Part shown: positions 27,589 through 37,038 of the stretch, piece by piece | Position numbering within the stretch: the stretch's first letter is position 1 | How the letters are laid out: each line of letters opens with the position of its first letter | NCBI GenBank assembly: GCA_027345565.1 | Contig: DAHWIF010000008.1 | Span: forward strand, 1 to 64,000 | Source of the DNA: Candidatus Micrarchaeota archaeon | GTDB taxonomy: Archaea; Micrarchaeota; Micrarchaeia; Micrarchaeales; Micrarchaeaceae | Reading direction: 5' to 3' | DNA length: 64,000 nucleotides | Made by a program: the position numbers and the translations under genes | The notes under the pieces: generated by a model | What the model was told of the DNA's origin: nothing | Database searches by the model: none | What the model saw: the letters and a program-made list of their open reading frames with translations, nothing else

Positions 27589-28179
27589 TCACTTCTTCCT
27601 TGAGCCTCCCTTCCTTGCCCTCGCCCTTGCGCTTGCCAGGTTTGCCCATTCGGGCCTGCCCAGGCCGTCTGGCTTCATCGTAAGCGCTACCTTCGAGTCC
27701 TTTATCGTGTTCTTCATGCTCACGGTCGAGACCTTTGCGTAGACGATGTCGCCCTTCTTCAGGCTTATGCTGCTCTTCCTTGATACGAACGCCTGGTTCT
27801 TCTTGTCAAAGGTTAGGAACTCTCCGGCAATCTGCGAGACGTGGACCAGTCCGTCCATCGGGCCTATCCTGACGAAAGCGCCGAATTCCACGAGCTCGGT
27901 AACCATCCCTGGAACGACCTCGTCAACCTGCGGCGTGTATGCGAGTATGTCGAACTGCGCCTCATGATGCGTTGCAGGATCACCTGGGTATATCATCCCA
28001 TCGCCTATGTCCCTTACATTGAATATGGCGACCACCACGCCCATGTCCTTGTCTATCCTGCCCTCGTATTTGTTCTGTATTATTGTGGTGGCTACCTTCT
28101 CTATGTCCTCTCCGAAGTACTCGGGCGGCATCTTGAACATGTCCTTTACGCTGTATATGCTGTACAATCTCTCACTCAT
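27589..28179 (-). CDS. rpo7: RNA polymerase subunit Rpo7 (RpoE1)
   Basis: PPEYFG, FGAFVRIGPMDGLVHVSQI S1 domain. Confidence 0.95.
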   Translation of the reverse strand: MSERLYSIYSVKDMFKMPPEYFGEDIEKVATTIIQNKYEGRIDKDMGVVVAIFNVRDIGDGMIYPGDPATHHEAQFDILAYTPQVDEVVPGMVTELVEFGAFVRIGPMDGLVHVSQIAGEFLTFDKKNQAFVSRKSSISLKKGDIVYAKVSTVSMKNTIKDSKVALTMKPDGLGRPEWANLASARARARKGGSRKK

Positions 28180-28559
28180 CTCCTTAGGGTTCCGCTCCTT
28201 GAAAGCTTGAAAACGTTCCTGTTTACCGACCTCACCTTCCTGAAAAGAGCTGTATCATTCGTTATGACGACTGTGTTATTATGCTTTGCGGCTGTGCTGG
28301 CGATCCAGGAGTCGACGCTTCCTCTATCTTTATGCACTTTAACATTTTTAACCCTTATCAGTGCGAGAGCCGCGCGAGCGGATGCTCCCCTTTTGCCCTT
28401 GTTCTTTGATATACCCGAAAGCTCGTCAAGTACGCCCCTTGATATAAGCACCTGTGCATTGAATCTCTTGTTTGCTATGCTGAAGACGTCCTTTTTGGCG
28501 GCTATGCCGAAGAGTATGCTGCTTGTGTCTACTATCACATTCTCCAAAAAACGCGCCAT
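28176..28559 (-). CDS. PIN domain protein (Utp24/Fcf1-like)
   Basis: VIVDTS, V.DEL, VD, VITND; conserved position upstream of rpo7. Confidence 0.85.
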   Translation of the reverse strand: MARFLENVIVDTSSILFGIAAKKDVFSIANKRFNAQVLISRGVLDELSGISKNKGKRGASARAALALIRVKNVKVHKDRGSVDSWIASTAAKHNNTVVITNDTALFRKVRSVNRNVFKLSRSGTLRR

Positions 28560-28924
28560 TACGCCTTTGTTTTCATCCTCTTTTTGACGACATCGAGCAG
28601 CACCACTGCGTTGTTGTGCCTATTGTCCCTCGCCGAATACAGGAAGGTGACCGGGTCTGCATTCTGCACTATCTGTATCAGCTTGTTGAGGGCGTTGTTG
28701 CCGTCCAGCTCCTTTTTGTACCGCTTCTTGAATCCCATCCACTTCTTCGGATCATGAGCGTACCACTTCCTCAGCTCTTTGCTCGGCGCGACGTTCTTTA
28801 CCCATATATCTATGTTGGACGTACTGTGCCGTATGCCTCTGGGCCAAAGCCTGTCGACGAGTATGCGCTCCCCGTCGGTCACGCTTATGGGCTCATACAC
28901 CCTCTTCAGCTTTATCATTTGCAC
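28559..28924 (-). CDS. DUF488 (YeaO-like) protein
   Basis: KRVYE, DG.RILVDRLWPRG, APS.ELRKWY. Confidence 0.9.
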   Translation of the reverse strand: MQMIKLKRVYEPISVTDGERILVDRLWPRGIRHSTSNIDIWVKNVAPSKELRKWYAHDPKKWMGFKKRYKKELDGNNALNKLIQIVQNADPVTFLYSARDNRHNNAVVLLDVVKKRMKTKA

Positions 28925-29056
28925 CGTTTAGTATAATCATGGTATGTTTTTAATCTTTGCTTGACATCGCAGGGAAACATCGCTTCTTCGCTTCCGCAAA
29001 AGAGAAAGTATTAAAAAAGAGACATGTTATACTTTGTTGGCGACTATGGTGATGGA

Positions 29057-29437
29057 ATGAGCATCTTCAACAAGCTGGGCGGTGTGCTGGGCACATCCAA
29101 GGAACTGGACGTAGAGGAGTACATGAATTCTGCTGAGATGGAGAATGTAGACGTTATGAACGAACCCGCAGACTTTTACATAAAGCCTGTTGCGCTGCAG
29201 CAGGAATCTGACCTTGCGCTCATAGAGGACGAGCTGCGCAGGAAGAATATCATACTGCTTAACATATCTGAGATGGCAAAGAGGCCGAACACGCTCAAGG
29301 GCATGATAGACAAGCTGAAGGACTATGTGCAGAAGACCAATGGCGACATAGCCAGGCTCGACGATGCAAAGATACTGCTGACCCCGACAAAGGTCAAGAT
29401 AATAAAGAGCAGGAAGGCGGCCGCACCGAAAAGATAG
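29057..29437 (+). CDS. sepF: cell division protein SepF
   Basis: NIILLNI, GDIARL...ILLTP..VKI. Confidence 0.88.
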   Translation: MSIFNKLGGVLGTSKELDVEEYMNSAEMENVDVMNEPADFYIKPVALQQESDLALIEDELRRKNIILLNISEMAKRPNTLKGMIDKLKDYVQKTNGDIARLDDAKILLTPTKVKIIKSRKAAAPKR

Positions 29438-29441
29438 GCGC

Positions 29442-30122
29442 CTATTTCCTGGGCGACAGCGCAACCGATATCGCGTTCAGCTCCTTTTTTGTTGGGGACG
29501 CCCTGCTTATCACGTGCTTCAGCGCCATAGACACCGCTCGCTTGTCCCTGATGTCCCTCCTTTTCAATAGAAATGCCTTTATCAGCCTGACGATTTTCTC
29601 CATGTCGCGGCTGTCCGCCGCATCGGGCCCTCCTTTCCATCGATTACCGGAAAAAACGTAAAGGAGTATCGCAAGCGCATGCGATATGTTCAGCGCCTGG
29701 TAATCCTCGTTTGTAGGTATGAAGACGCTGGCGTCGCACCCCGTGAGTTCCTCCTTCGTGAGGCCGGTGTCGTCCCTGCCTAAGAGCAGCGAGACCCTGC
29801 TTATCCCGTTCTTCCTGATCAGCTTCGCCAGCGATGCTGGCGTGTGCACGTTGTAGAAGGCCTTGCCGGTCTTCCTCCACAATGCGGTGGTGCCGACAAC
29901 GAACGTGCCTTTCGTCGCTTCCTTTATCGACCTTAGCACCTTCGCGTTCTGCAGCAGCTCCTTCGCATGCTTCGAGTATTTGATCGCCTCCTTGCCCTTG
30001 TAATCGCACCTCGGGCTCACGATGAACAGCCTCTCCACGCCGAAGTTCTTCGACACCCTGGCTATGTAACCAAGGTTCTGCTGGTACATCGGCCCGACTA
30101 CCACGACCCTTAGCTCGTTCAT
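29442..30122 (-). CDS. trmJ: SPOUT RNA methyltransferase TrmJ family
   Basis: NLGYIARV.KNFG, GRDDTGL, Y.ALNISHA. Confidence 0.88.
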   Translation of the reverse strand: MNELRVVVVGPMYQQNLGYIARVSKNFGVERLFIVSPRCDYKGKEAIKYSKHAKELLQNAKVLRSIKEATKGTFVVGTTALWRKTGKAFYNVHTPASLAKLIRKNGISRVSLLLGRDDTGLTKEELTGCDASVFIPTNEDYQALNISHALAILLYVFSGNRWKGGPDAADSRDMEKIVRLIKAFLLKRRDIRDKRAVSMALKHVISRASPTKKELNAISVALSPRK

Positions 30123-30868
30123 ATAAGCACCGCCAAAACCAGCAACCCGAGGAAGTTGACGAGGATGTGGGCTACTATTGACGGATAGAGCGAATCCTTC
30201 TTTATTCTTACATAGCCGGCGATTATGCCGAAGACGAACGCGGCTATCAGCTCCGATATCGAATTATACGAGAGATAATGGAGCACGCCGAAGAGCAGCG
30301 CGCTCAGTATTATTCCGGCCCACATCGCGTTCTTGTATGCCGCGGTGCGCTTGCCCACATTCTTCCGCCCAGACAGTATCACATTCCCTATGCCAGGCAC
30401 AAGGAATCCCCTGAAGAGTATCTCCTCATTTATCGGGGCGATGAAGACTGAGAAGAGCAGGAAGTAGAGCGGCAGCCCGCTGAACAGCTTAGCGACGTTG
30501 GTCGGGAGCTGCACGCCCGTTATGGCCTGGAAGAGCCCGAGCAGTATCTCAAGGAGGAATATGGCCGCGAATATGGCTATGCCGTAAGCTATGTATACAT
30601 TCTTCCACTGCTTCCTCGCCATGCCGAGCCTGGCTACAGCCTGCTTCAGGCCCCTGCCGCTGGCAAACAGGTACGCGATGGCAACGAACGAGAATACGAA
30701 CGACTGCGCTATAGACGCATACACCAGGTAGGCGCTCTCGCCAAGCTTCCCTGCAGCGTAAAGGCTGGACGTTTCGAAAAGCAGCACTATAAGGACAAGG
30801 AAGGTGACGTATACTGCATATCTTATAGGCCGCTCGTGCCTCGCGTTTCCCTTTTTGATCCGGGGCAT
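30119..30868 (-). CDS. CPBP (CAAX/Abi) intramembrane metalloprotease
   Basis: EEILFRG, FGVLH, AHILVN. Confidence 0.9.
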   Translation of the reverse strand: MPRIKKGNARHERPIRYAVYVTFLVLIVLLFETSSLYAAGKLGESAYLVYASIAQSFVFSFVAIAYLFASGRGLKQAVARLGMARKQWKNVYIAYGIAIFAAIFLLEILLGLFQAITGVQLPTNVAKLFSGLPLYFLLFSVFIAPINEEILFRGFLVPGIGNVILSGRKNVGKRTAAYKNAMWAGIILSALLFGVLHYLSYNSISELIAAFVFGIIAGYVRIKKDSLYPSIVAHILVNFLGLLVLAVLI

Positions 30869-30872
30869 GAGG

Positions 30873-31022
30873 CTATCCCTTCTTCTCATGACCTTTAAAC
30901 TCGGTGTAATGGCAGTTGCCGCACGAGAACCTATCCTGGTGCTCAGCCATCCTCCTTCCGCACTTTGGGCACACCCGCCCCGGCTTGTACTGCTTAGCCT
31001 GCTTCTGCCTCTTGTCGGCCAT
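30873..31022 (-). CDS. rps27ae: 30S ribosomal protein eS31 (S27ae), missing from the ORF track
   Basis: [25 protein letters not shown]. Confidence 0.93.
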   Translation of the reverse strand: MADKRQKQAKQYKPGRVCPKCGRRMAEHQDRFSCGNCHYTEFKGHEKKG

Positions 31023-31028
31023 AAATCA

Positions 31029-31391
31029 TCACTCCTTCTTCTCGGGCCCGGCCGATTCCGTGCCCTTTTCCTGCTTGGGCTCCTCTGCCTTTGCCTGCTC
31101 CGCTTTCGGCTTGCCCTTCTTTGATAAGCGTTCAATCAGGTACTTCGGCTCTGCACTGGCGATCTGCTCCTTTGATGCATACGAATGCGCCACCCCTGTG
31201 CTCCTCCTCATACCGAACTCCTGCTTCATCTGCGTTATTATCGTTGTTTCAGGGTCAAGGCTAAGCCTCTTGCAGAGCTCCCGCTTCACCTCGTCCCTCG
31301 ATGCGGTCTTGTCGTCCTGCACGACTGCGAACGATATCTCACGCCTCTTCGTATTCGGATTGCTCTTGTCTGATAGTATGCTTACTTCCAC
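31029..31391 (-). CDS. rps24e: 30S ribosomal protein eS24
   Basis: N...KRREI, T.SR.EV, FG, EPKYLIER. Confidence 0.92.
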   Translation of the reverse strand: MEVSILSDKSNPNTKRREISFAVVQDDKTASRDEVKRELCKRLSLDPETTIITQMKQEFGMRRSTGVAHSYASKEQIASAEPKYLIERLSKKGKPKAEQAKAEEPKQEKGTESAGPEKKE

Positions 31392-31395
31392 AGAA

Positions 31396-31800
31396 TCACT
31401 CGTTGCCCAACGTACGCGACAGCGCCCTCCTGCCCATCGCCTCCATGACCTCGACCGTCGCGCCTGGCTTCAGCTTCCCCATGAACTCATCGGTAAGCGG
31501 CAGTTCATAAACCTCATAGGTGTCCGAATCCATGAGCTGCGCAGTAGAGTCACCGACTGAGACCACCTGCGCCTTCTTCTTGGTTATCACAGGCGCTTCA
31601 ACATCTGCGCTGGACGGCTTGAGCAGCGTTTTCTTCTGCCCGTCGAACATTCCTATGCCTGTGACGCGCATCTTTGCCGATCCGTGCTTGCCAGGGGAGC
31701 TTGTCTCTATATCGACCACCCTGCACGGTATGCCGTCGATTATTATGTAGCGGCCTACCCTGACCTCTTTCATCGATACAATGGTCACCTCGTCCCCCAC
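31396..31800 (-). CDS. eif5a: translation factor aIF5A
   Basis: SSPGKHGSAK hypusination motif. Confidence 0.96.
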   Translation of the reverse strand: MGDEVTIVSMKEVRVGRYIIIDGIPCRVVDIETSSPGKHGSAKMRVTGIGMFDGQKKTLLKPSSADVEAPVITKKKAQVVSVGDSTAQLMDSDTYEVYELPLTDEFMGKLKPGATVEVMEAMGRRALSRTLGNE

Positions 31801-32009
31801 ATATTCACCTGCTTCATTCTAGTTTACAAGCCCGATTGGTAGCATCCCCACAACTTAAGTGGTGTGCTTCCAACAGCGGCATTCTGATTGGTCATCTTGA
31901 ACAACAGAAGGTAGTTCCTGATTAAAACTTATATACCTTCGCTAAGCCTTCATCCCAGCTTCAAATAGGTGGGCCTGGCCCATTGCATTATAGCTTGTCC
32001 GAATCGTGC

Positions 32010-33029
32010 TCAGATAAGCTCTAGGCTCAGGTCGGTTAGCGGTGGTGCGTTTCTGTCTATCCCTAGGCCGAATTTCGGGGTTACCCCTGTAACTATTGAC
32101 ATCACCCTTATCTGGTCGTTCAGCTCCGGAATCAGCCTTGCTCCGAAGATCACGTTAGCCCTTTCATCAAGGCCTTCTGTGACCCCCTGGCCTATCGCCG
32201 TCGCCTCCTGTATCGTAAGGGAGGTGCCGCCAGCCACATGTACAAGCGCACTCTTGCCTCCAAGCAGGTCTACATTCAACATCGGGTGGGTGAGCGTTGA
32301 TTTTATCGCCCTGTCGACCTTGTCATGCCCGCTTCCTGAACCAAGGTTTATCACAGCAGTCCCTGCGCTGCGCATCACAGCCCTCACATCCGCAAAGTCC
32401 AAGTTTATCAGGCTGGGCAGCATTATGGTGTCTGCGATGCCCTTTACGGCGTTGCACGCCACGCTGTCAACAAGCTCGAACGCCTTCTCCATAGGCAGAT
32501 TTGGTGCATAGCTCAGCACTCGGTCGTTCTCTATCACAACGGTTGTGTCTGCGTGCTTTCCCAGCTGCTGGAGCGACCAGTCAGCCTTGTTCTTCCTGCT
32601 CCTCTCCAGCGAGAACGGATAGGTCACGAATGCGACCACCAGCGCACCCTGCTCCTTGGCTATCTTGGCGACGACCGGAGCCGCGCCTCCGCCAGTGCCT
32701 CCTCCCATTCCTGCCGCAACGAAAACCATGTCGTAGCCCTCTATCGCCTCTGCTATCTCGTTCTTAGACGCTTCCGCGCATTTCTCCGCTACTTCGGGGA
32801 AGCCGCCGGCGCCAAGGCCGTGGGTTATATCCTTGCCTATCAGTATCTTCTTGTCCCCGTTGACTATTCCGAGGTGTTTTGCATCGGTATTGAGAAGGAG
32901 GGTGTCTGCGCTCCTTATGCCGTTCTTGTACAGCCTGTTGACAAGGTTGCAGCCCTGTCCGCCTACACCGACTACCGCAAGCTTAGCTACGAATTCCTCC
33001 CCGGAATGGTTTCCCAACATTGAATTCAC
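32010..33029 (-). CDS. ftsZ: cell division protein FtsZ (paralog B)
   Basis: GVGGQGCN, GMGGGTG, NLDFADV. Confidence 0.93.
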   Translation of the reverse strand: MNSMLGNHSGEEFVAKLAVVGVGGQGCNLVNRLYKNGIRSADTLLLNTDAKHLGIVNGDKKILIGKDITHGLGAGGFPEVAEKCAEASKNEIAEAIEGYDMVFVAAGMGGGTGGGAAPVVAKIAKEQGALVVAFVTYPFSLERSRKNKADWSLQQLGKHADTTVVIENDRVLSYAPNLPMEKAFELVDSVACNAVKGIADTIMLPSLINLDFADVRAVMRSAGTAVINLGSGSGHDKVDRAIKSTLTHPMLNVDLLGGKSALVHVAGGTSLTIQEATAIGQGVTEGLDERANVIFGARLIPELNDQIRVMSIVTGVTPKFGLGIDRNAPPLTDLSLELI

Positions 33030-33046
33030 CTAAATGCCAATGCGGG

Positions 33047-34111
33047 TCAGCCGATCATCTCAAGGTCGCTGTAAGACTCCTGCTTCTTCTCCTCCAGCCT
33101 CCCTACTATGCTCGCTCCCTTGACACCCGTCACTATTGCCACGATCTCGAGCTGGTCTTCGTAACCTGGGATTATCCTGGCGCCCCACTTAACGTTGGCC
33201 TTCTGGTCCATCCTCTCGGTGATTATCTCACCTGCATGGACTGCGTCGCCAATCGTAAGCGATGAACCGCCTGATATGTGGACAAGCGCGCCGCTTGCAC
33301 CCTCGAAGTCTACGTCAAGGAGCTTGTTCTTCAGCACTCCCTCGGCTGCAGAATTCACTTTGTCAGCGCCTCTTCCGGTCCCTACCGCTATGAAGCCTAC
33401 GCCTCCGCCTACCATTATGCTCCTCACATCGGCAAAGTCTATGTTTATCATGCTTGGCTGCGTTATTGTCCAGACAAGACCGCCTATCGCCTTGGCCAGG
33501 ACCGAGTCCGCCAGAGCGAATGCCTCGTTCATCGGCAGGTTCGGCACAAGCCTCACCAGGGTGTTGTTGTCCAGTATTATGACGCTGTCGCAATGCTTCC
33601 TAAGCTCCTGGATGCCCTCTTCCGCCTTCACCTTCCTTACCCTTTCGAGGTCGAACGGATAAGTTACCATTGCCACTACTATGGCGCCCTGCTCCTTCGC
33701 CACCTGCGCGGCTACGGATATGCCTCCTGTTCCCGTACCGCCTCCCATTCCACCGCACAGGAATACAAGCTGCGATCCTGACAGCGCCTCCTCTATGAGG
33801 TTCCTATCTATCTCTGCGGCCTTCCTGCCCATCTGCGGGTCGCCGCCTGCTCCGAGCCCTCTTGTTAGCGACTTTCCTATCAATACCTTCTTGATCCTGT
33901 CATCTATTATCTTGAAGTGCTGCGCATCTGTGTTAACAGCAACGAATTCGGTGCCCTTAACCCCGGCCTTTATAAGCCGGTTGACTATGTTGCAGCCAGC
34001 TCCGCCGAATCCGGCTGTAACAATCTTTATCTGCGAGGAACTAAAGTCTTCAGTTGGTGTCGTGCTGCTTCCGCTGGGTTGTCCCAATAGGTCGTTAACG
34101 AGGTCGCTCAT
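33047..34111 (-). CDS. ftsZ: cell division protein FtsZ (FtsZ2-like, paralog A)
   Basis: GGAGCN, GMGGGTGTG, PF.LER.R..KAEEG, NIDFADV. Confidence 0.95.
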   Translation of the reverse strand: MSDLVNDLLGQPSGSSTTPTEDFSSSQIKIVTAGFGGAGCNIVNRLIKAGVKGTEFVAVNTDAQHFKIIDDRIKKVLIGKSLTRGLGAGGDPQMGRKAAEIDRNLIEEALSGSQLVFLCGGMGGGTGTGGISVAAQVAKEQGAIVVAMVTYPFDLERVRKVKAEEGIQELRKHCDSVIILDNNTLVRLVPNLPMNEAFALADSVLAKAIGGLVWTITQPSMINIDFADVRSIMVGGGVGFIAVGTGRGADKVNSAAEGVLKNKLLDVDFEGASGALVHISGGSSLTIGDAVHAGEIITERMDQKANVKWGARIIPGYEDQLEIVAIVTGVKGASIVGRLEEKKQESYSDLEMIG

Positions 34112-34308
34112 TTTATCGCCTGCAATAAATGCAATAAATAGCTTTAAAAACCTTGTGCATCTGTTTCTGATAGTAGTAGTTTTAACTTCGGTGCTGAAAA
34201 CCCGCGCTTCATGAGATGGAAAAGACGTAAATTTTGTTCATCGCAGTATATGATTATTTACCATGGTCTATTTTGATTTACTTTTGTAATATTGATGCGT
34301 GTGGCTTT

Positions 34309-34962
34309 TCAGCGCGAAATGGTGTAGTTGAACAGGATAGAGCCTGATGAGTTAAGGATTACGTATTCCGAGTACGGGGCGCGCACGTTCGTATAGTTCA
34401 CAAGCCATATGTCGCTGAAGCTCCTGCCCGATGGCAATACGCTTTTGTTTGGCGTGAAGCTCTGGTAGTGCGATGCGTATACATTGGTGCTGTTGTAACC
34501 ATAGGTATTGACATAAACGACAAGCGCCGGGAAGGACGTATTGAACGACTTTGCTATCGCAATCTCTGGCGAGGTTATAAGGTACGTGTAGTACGGCAGG
34601 GAGGTGTTCGAGAGGCCGTATATTATGCAATGCTGCGTGTATAGGTTCGCCACGCTGGGCACCAGCCCTGTAGCCGGATAGTCGTACTGCTCGAGATACA
34701 CCGTTGGGCATGGCCTCGTGGCGTTGTACACCTGGCTCACGAACACGTTCCAGCTGCCTGAGGCCAGCGTAGATGGCGTTACATTTATCACATTTATCGT
34801 TGCGTTCGGATAAGCGAGCTTCAGGTCTCGCTGAACTACCTGTTGTGCCTGCGATGCCGAGAGCGGCCCTGACCTCGTGGCAGCATACCTGAAAACGAGC
34901 ACTCCGGCGAATATGATGATAAGTATCACGGCTCCGATTCCGACTTTGGCGAGAAGGTCCAT
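34309..34962 (-). CDS. membrane-anchored secreted protein
   Basis: N-terminal TM helix, many N-x-S/T sites. Confidence 0.72.
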   Translation of the reverse strand: MDLLAKVGIGAVILIIIFAGVLVFRYAATRSGPLSASQAQQVVQRDLKLAYPNATINVINVTPSTLASGSWNVFVSQVYNATRPCPTVYLEQYDYPATGLVPSVANLYTQHCIIYGLSNTSLPYYTYLITSPEIAIAKSFNTSFPALVVYVNTYGYNSTNVYASHYQSFTPNKSVLPSGRSFSDIWLVNYTNVRAPYSEYVILNSSGSILFNYTISR

Positions 34963-34992
34963 GTTACTGCGTCTCAGAATAAGAATTTATAC

Positions 34993-35934
34993 TTATCTGG
35001 ATGGGCCGAGCTCAGAGAGGTAGAGCAGCAGCGCCTTGTTCAGGAGCAGCTTGTTCGCCGCCTGCTCCCACACTATGCTCCGCGGGCCGTCCATCACATC
35101 GCTCGTGATCTCCACTCCCCTGTGCGCCGGCATGTCGTGCATCACAAGCGCAGTTTTTGCCGCATACGATAGCGCCTTCGCGTTGAGCTGGTACGGCGAG
35201 AAGAGTTTTATCCTCTCCTCCGCGTGCTTCTCCTGCTCCGTCTCGGAATAATCCTCGGACCCCTTTATGTGACCCATGTCAACATACGTATCGGTATAGA
35301 CGATGTCTGCATCCTCAAGCCCGCTCTCGACAGACGAATCGGTGTACACCTTGCTGTATTCCCTCGCCCTGTTGTAGTACAAGCTGTTAGGGGGGTTCTC
35401 GTTTGACGGGCCCACGAGCGCGACCTCGGCGCCGAGCTTGGCTGCGGTTATCATCAGAGAGTTGGCCACATTTGAGGCTATGTTTCCCATGAATGCGATC
35501 TTAGCGTCGCGTATGCGCCCGACGTGCTGCATTATTGTGTATACGTCCGCTAGCGCCTGCGTGGGATGCTCCGCATCTGTGAGCGCATTTATCACAGGCA
35601 CGCGCGATGCTGATGCCATCTCCACGAGTTGCTCCTGGCTGAACGTCCTTACGGCTACGAAATCGCAGTAGCTGCTGAGTATCCTTATCGTGTCAGATAA
35701 CGTCTCTCCGCCTTGCAGGTGGGTCATCTGGCTCTCAAGGTAGACGCTGTTGCCTCCTAGCTGGGCCATCGCTACCTCGAGCGATACGCGTGTCCGCAGC
35801 GAAGGCTTGTCGAACAGCAATGCGAGTATCGCATGCTCCTTTATCGTTATCTCGACCTTGCTGCTCTTGAGGTCGTCAGCTATCCTGAATATGTGCATTA
35901 TCTGGTCGCGCGACAGGTCATCTGCGCTTATCAC
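34993..35934 (-). CDS. argF: ornithine carbamoyltransferase family
   Basis: FDKPSLRTR.S, INAL...HPTQ, YTDT, MHDMPAHRG.EI. Confidence 0.85.
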   Translation of the reverse strand: MISADDLSRDQIMHIFRIADDLKSSKVEITIKEHAILALLFDKPSLRTRVSLEVAMAQLGGNSVYLESQMTHLQGGETLSDTIRILSSYCDFVAVRTFSQEQLVEMASASRVPVINALTDAEHPTQALADVYTIMQHVGRIRDAKIAFMGNIASNVANSLMITAAKLGAEVALVGPSNENPPNSLYYNRAREYSKVYTDSSVESGLEDADIVYTDTYVDMGHIKGSEDYSETEQEKHAEERIKLFSPYQLNAKALSYAAKTALVMHDMPAHRGVEITSDVMDGPRSIVWEQAANKLLLNKALLLYLSELGPSR

Positions 35935-35940
35935 GTTCGT

Positions 35941-36318
35941 TCAACCACCGAATATGGCGCCGATTCCGGCGTTGCCTCTGCTGTGCTCTTCCTCGACAGC
36001 ATCTATGAATCTTTTCTCATCCTCTTTCGACGCCCGTTTTACGCTCTTGAATTTATTCTTGAGCTTCTTTTCGGCACCGATCAGGAAATCCTCGCTGGCG
36101 TTTATGTATAAATAGAACTTATCATTGGAAAGGCCGAGCGACGCGCCGTCCCTGAGCATGAACTCCTGCCTTGAGAATATTACATTTGCGTCCTTGTCGC
36201 TGTTGAGCTTCTTCAGCTGCTCGGCGTCAAGGCTCTTGTCGAGATACGGGTCGTATTCTAGGAACTTCTTCAGCTCCTGGGATTCCGAGGCGCTGCATTC
36301 GTATACAACCGCGGGCAT
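35941..36318 (-). CDS. hypothetical protein
   Basis: Compact ORF in operon, ends GIGAIFGG. Confidence 0.75.
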   Translation of the reverse strand: MPAVVYECSASESQELKKFLEYDPYLDKSLDAEQLKKLNSDKDANVIFSRQEFMLRDGASLGLSNDKFYLYINASEDFLIGAEKKLKNKFKSVKRASKEDEKRFIDAVEEEHSRGNAGIGAIFGG

Positions 36319-36322
36319 CCGC

Positions 36323-36721
36323 TCAAGCCTCTAGAAGGAGCGCATTGACGCTGCCCTCCCTGCCAGGCCTGTTTGTCACCTGCGCCTTGCCAAACTCTGT
36401 ATTGATTATCGTGCCTTTCGTTATTATGTTCTGACGCGCGAAGTTCCTGTTGTCCTTTGACTCCAGCACTCCCTTTATCTTGACCTTCTTGTAGCCCTGC
36501 TTTGTCAGCAGGTTTGCATAGCTGGCGCTCTTCAGCACCATTGTCAGGCGGCCGCCGCGCCTCCTGTGCGCCCTGTAGGCGTTCTCCTCAGACATCTTAG
36601 TAGCAGAGAAGTAGCTCCCGATCTCGCTCCTGCGCTTGTCCCTTGATTTTATCCTTCGCTTGCCGTTGCCTGCGGCTTTTGTATGCGACCTGGAATGAAG
36701 CTGGACTCCAAACTGGCTCAT
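36323..36721 (-). CDS. rps8e: 30S ribosomal protein eS8
   Basis: R.RGG, RQNIITKG.II, VTNRPGREG.VNA. Confidence 0.95.
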   Translation of the reverse strand: MSQFGVQLHSRSHTKAAGNGKRRIKSRDKRRSEIGSYFSATKMSEENAYRAHRRRGGRLTMVLKSASYANLLTKQGYKKVKIKGVLESKDNRNFARQNIITKGTIINTEFGKAQVTNRPGREGSVNALLLEA

Positions 36722-37038
36722 TAAATCACGCGATTCGTGTTGATATCCTCCCGCCCATAAGCGGTATGGGCTCCCTCCGCATTTTGCAGAGGCCGTGTTT
36801 CATCTGTCAGCGAGACCAATCCCTTCCGAGACCTTTTGGCAGGGGTTATGGCGAACAGGCACGCACCCCTGGGAACCTATTTACTCGCAAGGTCTATCCG
36901 ACCCCGTTCCTCTTTGAGTATAATGTCGTCATCAATATTTATATGTCTTTTGTGGTTTTGCGCGGTTATCTCTCATCCCACCAATAAAGCGGTCTATCTA
37001 AAGAGGGAGCCGATTCATGCGGAGCGGCGTATGCAAGG

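Noticed and set aside
36795-36812. CTGACAGATGAAAC as a hammerhead core
   Set aside because: Does not match CUGANGA spacing and lacks stem II
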